A stretch of DNA of 63,563 nucleotides, counting the filler, from Octopus bimaculoides (lineage: Eukaryota), in the NCBI RefSeq assembly GCF_001194135.2. It is 4 parts of 4 records of this genome, joined end to end, with 100 filler letters (N's around TTAATTAATTAA, not from the genome) between each part and the next. Parts side by side here need not be neighbours in the genome. Positions count along the whole stretch, not along the records: positions 25,514 to 37,939 come from NC_068992.1; positions 38,040 to 62,185 come from NC_068981.1; 2 more parts are not named here. The stretch is one strand, 5' to 3'. Position numbers and translations under genes: made by a program. The notes under the pieces are model-generated. The model was not told the origin of the DNA. It saw only the letters and a program-made list of their open reading frames with translations, and did not search any database. Within the stretch, counting starts at the first letter, position 1. Each line of letters starts with the position of its first letter. Below, one piece after another: positions 25,559-62,284 of this stretch.

Positions 25559-27010
25559 TGGACATACATGTATGTGCGTATGTATATATGTATGCATGTC
25601 TGTGTGTATTTATAAGGGGATACATGTATATGTATACACTATATACGTAGCGTATATGTTCTTATATGTATACATATATATATTTGTGTCTACACATGTA
25701 CGTGCGTGTGTGTATGAACGTGTGTATACATAAATATATAGTCTGCACATTCCTCCTGACCAGATTTTACGTCTTCACTTAATTTACGAATGCGTACTTA
25801 GTAAATATTTAATTGTGTATGTAATTATATGCATGTAACTTTGTTCCTTTGCATGTGTATTCGTTACAGACCAATTAAATTTATGCATCAGCTTGAATAG
25901 AAGCACATTTAAATTTAATGCTGTCAAATAAATACAAATATCTACAAACAGAAATATTCCTAGACATCTTCTTTGTCGTCTTTCTAGACTGATATCATTC
26001 ATCATAAGAGATTATGTTATAAAAGTATTCCATTCTCCATCTGCCATTCTGTCGCATATATACAGACACACACACAGAGATACATATATATATATATATA
26101 TANNNNNNNNNNNNNNNNNNNNNNNNNNNNNNNNNNNNNNNNNNNNNNNNNNNNNNNNNNNNNNNNNNNNNNNNNNNNNNNNNNNNNNNNNNNNNNNNNN
26201 NNNNNNNNNNNNNNNNNNNNNNNNNNNNNNNNNNNNNNNNNNNNNNNNNNNNNNNNNNNNNNNNNNNNNNNNNNNNNNNNNNNNNNNNNNNNNNNNNNNN
26301 NNNNNNNNNNNNNNNNNNNNNNNNNNNNNNNNNNNNNNNNNNNNNNNNNNNNNNNNNNNNNNNNNNNNNNNNNNNNNNNNNNNNNNNNNNNNNNNNNNNN
26401 NNNNNNNNNNNNNNNNNNNNNNNNNNNNNNNNNNNNNNNNNNNNNNNNNNNNNNNNNNNNNNNNNNNNNNNNNNNNNNNNNNNNNNNNNNNNNNNNNNNN
26501 NNNNNNNNNNNNNNNNNNNNNNNNNNNNNNNNNNNNNNNNNNNNNNNNNNNNNNNNNNNNNNNNNNNNNNNNNNNNNNNNNNNNNNNNNNNNNNNNNNNN
26601 NNNNNNNNNNNNNNNNNNNNNNNNNNNNNNNNNNNNNNNNNNNNNNNNNNNNNNNNNNNNNNNNNNNNNNNNNNNNNNNNNNNNNNNNNNNNNNNNNNNN
26701 NNNNNNNNNNNNNNNNNNNNNNNNNNNNNNNNNNNNNNNNNNNNNNNNNNNNNNNNNNNNNNNNNNNNNNNNNNNNNNNNNNNNNNNNNNNNNNNNNNNN
26801 NNNNNNNNNNNNNNNNNNNNNNNNNNNNNNNNNNNNNNNNNNNNNNNNNNNNNNNNNNNNNNNNNNNNNNNNNNNNNNNNNNNNNNNNNNNNNNNNNNNN
26901 NNNNNNNNNNNNNNNNNNNNNNNNNNNNNNNNNNNNNNNNNNNNNNNNNNNNNNNNNNNNNNNNNNNNNNNNNNNNNNNATATATATATATATATATATA
27001 CATACACATA

Positions 27011-27822
27011 CGTTGTTTGATGAATAATTGTCCCGAATGTTGCCATAGTGACGAAGATAAAGCACGCAGGGAGATGCCGCTTGGAAGGGAGTGGCCTCGA
27101 ACTCTATTGTGCATGCACACTAAGTTTTGACGTTTCAGACAATCTGCAGAGAATCTGAATGAAATTTTGGCAAAAGGTTGGTGATACCTGCCCAGAGGTC
27201 TAGGCAAGGTTTTCGAAATGTTTTCAACGTTCTCGATACAATCAAGGCGATATTGTGCAACTGGATCCCGAGTTTTGGCAGAAATATAGCAGACACGAGT
27301 CTCATACCCAAATCTTCAGTGATAATGGACTGAACTGAACCGTAACTAATCTGCACATCGTCTGATAATTCACGGATTGTGATTGGACGGTTTCTCCTCA
27401 CAGCTGCACCTACATCTTCAATGTTTTTCTCAGTTCTGTTGGTTCCAAGTCTCCCAGATCGTTCGTCATTATCGACATTTTTTCGGCCATCTTGGAAAAG
27501 TCTGAATCACTCGCACACCTGCGTGCACACTCCTCACCATGCACTTTCTGCACACTCCTCACCATGCACTTTCTGAAAATTTGCATAGGCCTCTGAACAG
27601 GTATCGCCATGACAACTTTCTCTGTCATGGTCAATGCGACGATCACACGCTACAAACGTTCGTTCTAAGCACTGCTGTAAAGAGTGGAAGTGAGCAAGAA
27701 CGCTAAATCTTAGTGCACATGCATAGAAGAATCCAATGTCAAACTGTGCTAAGCGGATTCACTCTGTGTACTTTTGCTTCGTTACTATGGCAGCAGTCCG
27801 GATACTTATTGATCAAACCTCG
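27011..27822 (-). mobile_element. Non-autonomous mariner derivative, copy 3 (both ends present, 812 bp, TA target duplication)
   Basis: TA|CGTTGTTTGATGAATAATTGTCCCG ... CCGGATACTTATTGATCAAACCTCG|TA. It carries the minus-strand remnant RRNRPITIRELSDDVQISYGSVQSIITEDLGM and has the same internal junction as copy 1. Confidence 0.88.
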
Positions 27823-29479
27823 TATTATATATTTATACATATATACACATATATATATATGGAGGGAGAGGGTGGTAGCGAGAAAAGGAAAGTGACAAGG
27901 AAATGGAATTTTGTCTGCCAATGTAAGCTCTTTGGTAAAGTTGTAACGGCGCTGTCTTTACACTCTACCTTTCTGTTTGTGTGTGTAAATAAATACACGC
28001 ACACACAAACCTAAGTCCACGCCTGCTTAATGGTGCTATATTACGTGCAGCATTTTGTACAACATTTTACTAGGTACAATGACTGGAACTACTAGGGAGG
28101 TTATAATATACCAAGATCTGTCCATAGTTGCCTCCCATACATCCCTGAATAATTCTAAAACTACAAATTAATGTTGCTGGCACTATCACCATTCTCAGCG
28201 CAGTACGTATTGCAGCATTAAATTATTTAACCTACTTATCAACATGCTAACTGTGTCTTTGAGTAATATATATATATATANNNNNNNNNNNNNNNNNNNN
28301 NNNNNNNNNNNNNNNNNNNNNNNNNNNNNNNNNNNNNNNNNNNNNNNNNNNNNNNNNNNNNNNNNNNNNNNNNNNNNNNNNNNNNNNNNNNNNNNNNNNN
28401 NNNNNNNNNNNNNNNNNNNNNNNNNNNNNNNNNNNNNNNNNNNNNNNNNNNNNNNNNNNNNNNNNNNNNNNNNNNNNNNNNNNNNNNNNNNNNNNNNNNN
28501 NNNNNNNNNNNNNNNNNNNNNNNNNNNNNNNNNNNNNNNNNNNNNNNNNNNNNNNNNNNNNNNNNNNNNNNNNNNNNNNNNNNNNNNNNNNNNNNNNNNN
28601 NNNNNNNNNNNNNNNNNNNNNNNNNNNNNNNNNNNNNNNNNNNNNNNNNNNNNNNNNNNNNNNNNNNNNNNNNNNNNNNNNNNNNNNNTAAAATTCAATT
28701 GCTGCCCTCAAAATTAATTTACAGTTAATATTTATCTAATTACCTCAAATATCTCATGCAGATTTTGTCATTAATTCCGTATTTGTTACAAAAAAAGAAA
28801 TAAAATATACTGAAAATATTAATATATTCGTTTTTATAAACAAATCCTCAAAATCTCGTTTATAAATTTTGTTTTTGTCGTAAGCTTGTTTAATAAGATA
28901 TATCTATTTTGCCTGCGTTTATTTGTTGATATATTTATTTTACTTCTTATTTATTCTTAATCATTTATTGTTTTATCAAAGCTGTAATAATCTGTCGGCG
29001 TAGACTAAGTAAATCTCGTTGTCTCCAGTATCATTTCTGGTGGCAAAGTTTCAAATGCCATGGAATTATCGAAATCAGTAAAAGAATGAGCGATAGTAGA
29101 CGTCTGCTCTTTGGTTGATACTCTTATCTGGCTTCCTACAAGACGGTGAATCCTTTCCTCTCGGTTGCTTTCCTTTTTTCTTTGTTTTTGTTTTTGTGAC
29201 GCTATTACTGTTGCTGCTTTCACAGGTGCAGTAGCGTTATACATAAACACACACACACACACACACACACATACATATATGTAGGCATGAGTAAGTGATT
29301 GCCCACGCGCGTGTGTGTGCATGTATGCGTGTGGGTGGAGATGAAAAAGTAAATCAGAAGAACTGATATAAATTTAAATATGATTAAGATCCATTTTGGA
29401 TTAAATCAAAAATATAAACCCATTCTACATTATTACTATGCTATCACGCATGCATATCACACACACACACACACACATG

Positions 29480-29537
<58 letters not shown>

Positions 29538-31252
29538 TCATTTATTCTCCCACGAACATGGGTCTTCTCTTTGAACAAACTGTACTGCAGTAGTTACCAC
29601 CTGACAAACTCTCGTATTCTCGCTTTTGGTGCAAAATGCACTCCTATTCATATCACTATCGGCGAGATAAATCCCCGCTACGTCCAGCGCTTAGACCACG
29701 ATATCACCAAACCACCATGTTTGGTCTTGTCAATGATGGCCATTCGACCCCATCAGTTGTATTTGAGATCTACTTCACGTAAATATTACTGGTTTGTGCG
29801 TTTTAAGTGATGAACTTGAAAGCGTTAGACAAAATCTCATTCGCTATTTATAGCACTGCATTACACTCTGCGTCCAATTTCTACCAAGGTCAATTTTTCC
29901 TTTCTTCCATCCTTTTCCTGATCGATGACATATGTAGTAGTTTGAGCACTGGCTAAGATGCAATCATCTTGCCTCCATCCACAAATTTGTTGGCCTCATT
30001 CCAAAATTTGAAGCCTTTATTGCTGCAAAAGAGTAAAGCGGCGAGCTGGTACAATCGTGAGTACACCAGACACAATACTCAACGCCATTTTGTCCCTATG
30101 GCTCGCTATGCCTTTCAGGTTCATTAAAATACGCGCCAGCTGAGCCTTGGGGATTTATGCATTTGACTAGCATTGGGGTCGATGTATTTGACCACTAAGT
30201 TCAGGCCTTGTGCCTATTCTGGAAGGGATTATTATTACCGCGATGGCGGCGAGCTGTCAGAATCTTTAGCACACCGGTCAAAATGCTTAGCGGCATTTCG
30301 TCCGTCTGTACGTGCTGAGCTTAAATTCCGCCGCGATCGACTATGCCTGTCATACTTTCTGGGTCGATAAAATAAGTACCTTTTGAGCAGAGGGTTCGAT
30401 GTAATCAATTCTGCCTCTCCCGAAAATGTTCACGCCTTGTGCCTATAGAAGAAGGAGTTATTACTAAAAAACAAAAACAACAAATTAGCAAGCTTGTTAA
30501 GCCGCCGGAATAATTGCTTTGGTGTATTTAGTTTGGATCTTTACGCTCTGAGTTCAAATCTCTTAGTGGTCGTCGTTGTCTTTCGTGTTTTGGGTTCGTT
30601 AACATATCGTATCAAGTCAAGTGATAAGATAGATGATATCAACAAACTCTCATCCTTTTAAAACGACTGGTCTTGTAACAAAATTTCGAAAATCATTATT
30701 GCTATTTTTTGCGTTTATTGTTGCTTTGATCTATAGTCTTACCCAGAGATCGAAAGTGACGAGAAAGTGGACATCTTACAATGCACGTTATGTTGATTTG
30801 TAGAGAGTACTGAATAAGATTAAAAGAACTTGGGGAAAATATAATATATTTTGAATATTTTAAGTAATTATAATCATAAGTAAACGATGAAACATAAAGT
30901 ATATTAATTAATGTTTATTAGAATTAACATATGTTCATTCGGTATTAATGAACATATGGCACTCTGTCGGATACGAGGACGAGGGTTTTAGTTGATCAAA
31001 TCAACACAACAGCCTGCTCGTGAAATTCACGTGCAAATGACGGAGCACTCGACATACACATGTACTCTTAACGTAGTTCTCAAGGAGATTCAGCATGACA
31101 CAGAGTGTGACAGGACTGGCCCTGTCAAACTGGAGTAACGTGAAATAAATGTTTCTTGTCCAAAGACATGACATTAATGAATGTTATAATGATATATTTC
31201 TAAATCAAGATTGGAGCTAAAGTGATGTCTAGGTAATACATGACAGACGTAA

Positions 31253-31629
31253 GGCGGTGAGCTGGCAGAATCGTTAGCACGCCGGGGGAAATGCTTAGCG
31301 GTATTTCGTCTGACGTTACGTTCTGAGTTCAAATTCCGCCGAGGTCAACTTTGCCCTTCATCATTTCGGGGTCGATAAATTAAGTACCAGTTACTCACCG
31401 GGGTTAATGTAATCGACTTTGTCTGCCCATGTTTGTCTCCTCTATGTATATCCCCTTGTGGGCAACAAAGAAATAAGAAACGTTAGCATGCCGGCGAAAT
31501 GCTTAGCGGTATTTCGTCTGTCTTTACATTCTGAGTTTAAATTCAACCGAGGTCGACTTTGCTTTTCATGCTCTCTGGATCAATAGATTAAGTACCAGTT
31601 TCGAGCCTTGTGCCTAAAGTAGAAAGGAA
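31253..31629 (+). mobile_element. SINE family B, dimeric copy (tail type 1 unit followed by a second, head-truncated unit)
   Basis: The first unit ends GAAATAAGAAA near 31480 and is followed at once by CGTTAGCATGCCGGCGAAATGCTTAGCGG. Confidence 0.85.
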
Positions 31630-32352
31630 TACATTTCGGATGTTTTATACACTGACATACTCTCGAACATATAGTTGTACAACCTGTCTATCTCAACCCT
31701 TGAATGTGTGGTCACTTGCGCAGTTGTTTGAGCATTTGTTGATGTTGCATCAGAGTTAACCACTTCTATCGGTCTTCTATTGTGAGTCGGTGAAATCGAT
31801 GCCTATCCACACTTTCATGTTACATGGCCTAGTGGTTAGGGTGTTACACTCACGATGTAGCGATCGTAATTTCAATTCCTATTGGGTATTTAGTTGGCAA
31901 AACTATGACGATATCTGTTTCAACACACGTTTTCGCAAAACAAATACATATGTATGTATGTGTGTGTGTGTGTGCGTGTGTGTTAAGTAGTTTTTACACA
32001 TAATCACTAATTCATTCTGAATTTATGAAGAGAAACTCTGCAACAAATATACAACTTAATACATAGCACACGAATTACAGATTAGGAAAACTGTTACTAT
32101 ATGTTCCAGTTTCATAACAATTTGCTATTATTAATAAATACTCCCACAGAATTTACCCCTAAACCATTTTCCCTGAAATAATGAAACGCAAAATTCTCTT
32201 CCCCCCCCCCCNNNNNNNNNNNNNNNNNNNNNNNNNNNNNNNNNNNNNNNNNNNNNNNNNNNNNNNNNNNNNNNNNNNNNNNNNNNNNNNNNNNNNNNNN
32301 NNNNNNNNNNNNNNNNNNNNNNNNNNNNNNNNNNNNNNNNNNNNNNNNNNNN

Positions 32353-32443
<91 letters not shown>

Positions 32444-32457
32444 TGATAATAATAACA
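32353..32457. repeat. Compound (CTA)n-(ATA)n microsatellite
   Basis: Direct reading. Many further (CA)n, (TA)n, (GA)n, (TATC)n and (TATG)n tracts occur throughout, mostly at gap edges. Confidence 0.93.
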
Positions 32458-32783
32458 ATTCCAATCCTACTGACTATGCTGCTATGACATCTGCTTCTTC
32501 GTCTTTGTCTTCTTTCCATCTCTAATCAGTTTTACTATGACAAAACTAGGTTAATTCTATTTTGACATAATGTTCAGAACAGATGGCCTGAAAATCACTG
32601 ATAATTGGTTTAGAGCCAAATTTTCTCTTGGTTTACAGTTTAACTATCTGTCTACTGCATGTCTGTCTTTCTGTTTGTCACTCTCTCTTTCTCTCTCTCT
32701 TTCTCTCTCATTTTCTCTCTTTCACACACACTACACATATACACATGCATATGTATACTAGGATAGACAGCTAGCTAGCTAGC

Positions 32784-32846
<63 letters not shown>

Positions 32847-35800
32847 GCAGACAGACATATATATTTATGTGTATGTATATATATATANNNNNNNNNNNNN
32901 NNNNNNNNNNNNNNNNNNNNNNNNNNNNNNNNNNNNNNNNNNNNNNNNNNNNNNNNNNNNNNNNNNNNNNNNNNNNNNNNNNNNNNNNNNNNNNNNNNNN
33001 NNNNNNNNNNNNNNNNNNNNNNNNNNNNNNNNNNNNNNNNNNNNNNNNNNNNNNNNNNNNNNNNNNNNNNNNNNNNNNNNNNNNNNNNNNNNNNNNNNNN
33101 NNNNNNNNNNNNNNNNNATATATATTTATATTTATATTTATATTTATATATACCACACACATAAATACATAAATACATACATTGACATACACGCGGTGTT
33201 CCATGTTCCATAATTTGACGAAATAAATTGGAGTACTTTATCTTAACCAGCCTGGGAATTTGAAGAGAATATACAGATAATAATAATAAAGACAAGTTGT
33301 AGTAGTACTAAGAAAAAAATGTAACGATAATTATTTCTGATAGATTTACGCTAGGGATGGCATGAATAGACATTTGTGACTTTGCAACTTTGTAAATAAT
33401 AAAATAATACGTGGAGTGAGTATATCTACAATTATCGATGTGAAAACAAAACTTTAACACTAATTAAGTTACAGAAGTTTTAAGTCAGTAAAACACGTAA
33501 TAATTATTTTGCAATGAAAACTGCTATACTCCAAAATTGTCGCTTCGATTAACTATTTCTCATTTGTTTGTTTCCCATAGTATATTTCTGATACGGTTAG
33601 TAAGTACTTGCCGAAAATAATATAATTATAATGCTGTTATATGTATATAAATTTGTGTGTACGTGTGTGTGTGTGTCTGTGTGTGTGTGTGTATGTGTGT
33701 GTCTGTGTGTGTGTGTGTGAATCTCTCTAGCCATCCATCCTTTCATACATGAACACATAGCTACCTACCTACCTACCTACATACAAACATACATACATAT
33801 ATACATGCATGCATGCAAACATATATATATATATATANNNNNNNNNNNNNNNNNNNNNNNNNNNNNNNNNNNNNNNNNNNNNNNNNNNNNNNNNNNNNNN
33901 NNNNNNNNNNNNNNNNNNNNNNNNNNNNNNNNNNNNNNNNNNNNNNNNNNNNNNNNNNNNNNNNNNNNNNNNNNNNNNNNNNNNNNNNNNNNNNNNNNNN
34001 NNNNNNNNNNNNNNNNNNNNNNNNNNNNNNNNNNNNNNNNNNNNNNNNNNNNNNNNNNNNNNNNNNNNNNNNNNNNNNNNNNNNNNNNNNNNNNNNNNNN
34101 NNNNNNNNNNNNNNNNNNNNNNNNNNNNNNNNNNNNNNNNNNNNNNNNNNNNNNNNNNNNNNNNNNNNNNNNNNNNNNNNNNNNNNNNNNNNNNNNNNNN
34201 NNNNNNNNNNNNNNNNNNNNNNNNNNNNNNNNNNNNNNNNNNNNNNNNNNNNNNNNNNNNNNNNNNNNNNNNNNNNNNNNNNNNNNNNNNNNNNNNNNNN
34301 NNNNNNNNNNNNNNNNNNNNNNNNNNNNNNNNNNNNNNNNNNNNNNNNNNNNNNNNNNNNNNNNNNNNNNNNNNNNNNNNNNNNNNNNNNNNNNNNNNNN
34401 NNNNNNNNNNNNNNNNNNNNNTATATTTAAATATATATATAATTGGCAGCCATGTGTGACAGCCTATAAAGGACAGTTGTACTGTCGTTTATAGCCCCAG
34501 AAAGTCATGTCTTCCAGCTGGATAGCGACACACATTCCGTGTCCGATTAGTATTTTCGAGATGAGGTTATCGCTCCCTTCTATAGCCTTACTTCATACAC
34601 ACAGACTCGAGTTTCTGGGTGGTTACCCGTTTCAGCAAGTGTTAATCCCCAGCTAATGATGAAAACTCATTCCACTCGCAAAATACTATATGCTGTTTTC
34701 CAACGACAAACTGTGGTTGATCTCGTAAAAGGAAATATATTTATATATAATGTTGGCACACGTGTTCGTGTCCATGCACTCAAATGGGCGAGAAAGCTTT
34801 TTTTATAAATCTCCCATGTGCTTGCATGTGTATGTATTCATATAAAGCCGAAAGCGTCTCTGTATATATTTTTATATACACACTCATATACTGACATACA
34901 TGTCTGTGTGTAAATTTGGAGCAAAATGTCAAGGAGTTTGTATTTTTTCTGGCATGTATTCTTGTTTTCCTCGGTTGTACAAAACTGACTAGAAGCCAGT
35001 ACAAGCATCATACTGTGGCAGAATTATGGTTGAAAAAGCAATTTACTGGCTGGATGCAACTGGAACTCTTATTTTTCAAACCTTTAACACAGCCTTCTAA
35101 TTAAATAAAACAGGCGCCATCCTGTGACAGAGCTTCTACGTGTTTCTTCGATCTCCTCTCTTTATCAAGCAAATACATTTCAAATCACATGCTACCCTCT
35201 TAAAATAAAGGAAGTATTAAGCAAATACGTCATCTGTTTTTAAAACAATGGACTCGTCGCAGGTAGAATAATATTACCCATGTTTGACAAAAAGCAAACC
35301 AACGATTGGTAGTGCTTCAATGTCACACAGTCACAAAATTCCACTGACAAACTTTCTACATTGCTAGTACCTTATCAATGTTCTTTTATTATACTCTTAT
35401 AGTGTACGGCAGACAATACTTTGAGATATTAGCTAACACTATCTGTAATAGACTTTTGCAAACAACTATTCTGTCTAGACAATGTCTTAGTGGGGAGTAC
35501 AAAATGCAAAATGCGGCTCAGTCGGTCATGAAATCTCAAATGGCTTTGAAATTAATCCGCTAGATCTTGTTTTGCTCTCCACGAAGACGTATTTAAAGGC
35601 ATTATATTTACATTTATCTATTGCTTAAATAGTCTAACATTCCGTAGACATAATCTGTACTACAGTATAAAACAGAAATCGATCACTGTTAATCCATCAT
35701 TATTTATTTATTGAACTAGCTATTAAGAATGGGTTATATATACTAATTAGTTCATCTCGACTAAATAACCGGCAGTTCTAATGGATTTATAACAATCTTC

Positions 35801-36223
35801 GTGAGCAGGTGAAGAAGGTTCTCAGCCAATGATGGCACCCCGAGAAAAGGATAACACCAATCTGATTAATCTCCTGTCTGATATAGATAAAGGATTAATT
35901 ATCTAATTGTTCTCTCTTTTAAGGTAACATGCTGTGATTCTAGGAGGAAATGGCTATAGTGTTAAGCTTCATAGTAGGAATACACTTATTGGTTTTCTAT
36001 CTAAAAATAGCAATCAAGATGAGAACACTGCTCGAATTATAACCTTCTATATCATTGTGTTGGATGACGTTTATAAACTTTTATTTGACACTTGTCGCTA
36101 TATTTTTTAAACTGTCATTCACATTCAAGTACCCATATCGTGGTGGATTTGTAGGTTCGGTAGCTGATGTACAGAACTTCTATATAAATATTTTCGTTCT
36201 AATTTAGAGTTCTCCTTTTGGAC

Positions 36224-37738
36224 AACTTTACCTTTTGCCGTGATAAAATACCATACCAGTCAAAATATAATAGATAGCTTCTCAACAAATGGCCTTGTAT
36301 CTCAGATGTAAAGCAATATTCATTTGCAACATAGAAAGAAATTCATATATGTTAAGTACGAAATAGGTTGTTTTTTTTAACCATCTCGAATAGTGGATTG
36401 GCACGTTTTCATTAACGAAACGACAATAAAATTCAGAGTTAATGTATTTAACCCGCTCCTGTACAGTGAACATGCATATATGATATCTATAATACAATGG
36501 CCCGGAGAATAGGTAGAATACCAAATTGTAGTAACATAGTTAATTTTTAGAGTTCGAACCACACCGAAATCATTCTTCACTTTTATCACTATAGCTTAGA
36601 TGAAATATGTAGTTGTTAAATCATGTAGTTAAATTAATAGACCATATCTTTTCCTTAGAAGTTTGCGACCGTGCAAAAAAATGCTATAAAGTATAACAAA
36701 TTACATAAAAACGTCGCCGACGAAGAGACTTCAGAGCATTCACCAAAAGATATTATTAAGCTATGAAATTTCCGTTCTCTATTTTTCTGAAGTTAGAACC
36801 AGCATGTGGTCGGTTTTATATTGCAAGCTGATAAGTATGTACAAAGCATTTACTGGTCACAGTCTAATGACCTATAACAATCCTATACAGTTTTCAACAT
36901 TTTTTTTTTCAAACGTTTACTAATTAAAGTGTAAGACTAGCGTTTACATAATATGATCTTCAGCCCATAGACAGATTTTGCGTTATTCACATTACAAAGC
37001 ATATTTTTTCCCCCAAAATCTAATACCGTGTGTTTACAACCACCGTCATTGCTCTTTAGAGGTTTCCGACGAAATCATTATAGTGTTCGCTTCTTTTTTT
37101 TTGTGTAGAATGAGAATAGAGTGTCTGCACAACTCTAGTGGATTAAATACCACAAATCATCGACAATCCTCCACCAAAGGGGCATTGCTTTTAGTTGGCA
37201 TATCATTTGCGCATGCACATATACATATATGTGTACGTGCGTGTGTGAATACATATAAGTTTATGAGTTAAATGGAGGCGTATGTCAAAATTTGGCCAAA
37301 TAGGATATTTGTTTTATATATTTAATTTTGTTTGCAATAGCCGGTTCTTTTCGTCAAACTATTGTACCTACAGCTGCTTCAGATGCCAAGATATCAAAAT
37401 TGTAGCACAACTGTGTAGCATTTTTCAAAAGTGTACCAAGTATTCTACCTATTCTCCGGGCCATTGTATTATAGATATCATATATGCGTGTTCACTGTAC
37501 AGGAGCGGGTTAAATACATTAGCTCTGAATTTTATTGTCGTTTCGTTAATGAAAACGTGCCAATCCACTATTCGAGATGGTTAAAAAAAACAACCTATTT
37601 CGTACTTAACATATATGAATTTCTTTCTATGTTGCAAATGAATATTGCTTTACATCTGAGATACAAGGCCATTTGTTGAGAAGCTATCTATTATATTTTG
37701 ACTGGTATGGTATTTTATCACGGACAAAAGGTAAAGTT
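36224..37738. repeat. Long inverted repeat: arms 36224-36521 and 37440-37738 (~298 bp, 3 differences seen), ~918-bp spacer
   Basis: Direct comparison of the arms. Mirror-image ORFs in the track (36282-36524 on -, 37431-37679 on +) translate almost identically. Confidence 0.93.
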
Positions 37739-37939
37739 TTGCAAAAATATTTCTGACTGAAAATATAATACGTGCATGGAGTTACAATTGTATGCACCTA
37801 ACAAAGTATTATTGTTAAGCTGAAACTGTTGCAAATGTAAAAGGAAACGGAGAGGTGAAAATATTTTTTCGTTTTCTGAAAAAAAAAAAACAACCTTTTG
37901 GACTTACGTCACTTTTGCATAATACCAACAATATATATA

Positions 37940-38039
37940 NNNNNNNNNNNNNNNNNNNNNNNNNNNNNNNNNNNNNNNNNNNNTTAATTAATTAANNNNN
38001 NNNNNNNNNNNNNNNNNNNNNNNNNNNNNNNNNNNNNNN
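37940..38039. other. Artificial scaffold spacer: 44 N + TTAATTAATTAA + 44 N
   Basis: 12-mer at 37984-37995. Confidence 0.92.
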
Positions 38040-38177
38040 AATATCCTTTCTTCAAATTTCTATGGTTGGAATTTCAACGGAAAAAAAATTATCCACTCAT
38101 AATCAGAACAAATGAATGGAGAGGAATTCTCAAATAGTATCAAGAAATTCTAATTGGAAATATTCCTAACAAAGACC

Positions 38178-38218
<41 letters not shown>

Positions 38219-38456
38219 ACACTCACATATATATATATTTTGTTATTTTCATCTGTTGTATAGTTTATTTCCTAATAATGTAACCACAGTCAGCTTCTTG
38301 AAAAAAAAACCAAAAACCAAAAAAACCCCCCCCAAAAAACCCCAACTTATTCTGCTGTCATTGGTATAATTTGTTGTTTAATTTGTTGCCATTGTTACTC
38401 CATTACCAAGCTTTTATTTAGCTACTCTCAAGTACTGCAAGGTTTTACTTGTAGCT

Positions 38457-61647
<23,191 letters not shown>

Positions 61648-62185
61648 GTAAGTAAGATCTTGCTAATTATCATTTTTTTTTCATAAATTTAAATTTTCCT
61701 TAATGAAGTGGTCAATTAATTTGAATGGTTAAGATGCTTAACTATCGGTTCAAAGTTTGGAACTTCATTGCATTATACCCAGAAAATTACTTTGCTTAGA
61801 ATGTAGAAATCTGCGCATTGTTTATAATATATAGGTATATTTAAAATCATATTTGGTAATGCTAGTTACTTGGCCAGCAACAGCACTTGTGTTTTTGGGA
61901 TGTCCTGTTCCTTTTTGTAATTGCTGAGTAGCAGGTTGAAAGTAAGATATAGTTGCTAAAAGCAAACTAACTGTACTTTATAGTCACATGTAAAGATCTG
62001 AGTGATTTTTAAATTAAAATTATATGGAATATTACTTGTGATCAAACAATTCAGCATGTAGAAGTACATTAAATGTTTATAAAACATTGATATACTTAAA
62101 ACACTGTGTGGTGCCTTGGGCAAGTGTCTTCTGCTATAGCTTTGGACTGACCAAAGCCTTGTATATATATATATATATATATATA

Positions 62186-62284
62186 NNNNNNNNNNNNNNN
62201 NNNNNNNNNNNNNNNNNNNNNNNNNNNNNTTAATTAATTAANNNNNNNNNNNNNNNNNNNNNNNNNNNNNNNNNNNNNNNNNNN
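62186..62284. other. Artificial scaffold spacer: ~44 N + TTAATTAATTAA + ~44 N
   Basis: 12-mer at 62230-62241. Confidence 0.92.

Noticed and set aside
36282-37679. Twin 80-82-aa ORFs as duplicated small genes
   Set aside because: They start at non-ATG codons, have AT-rich non-coding-like composition and no recognisable domain. They reflect the inverted repeat, which is reported separately.
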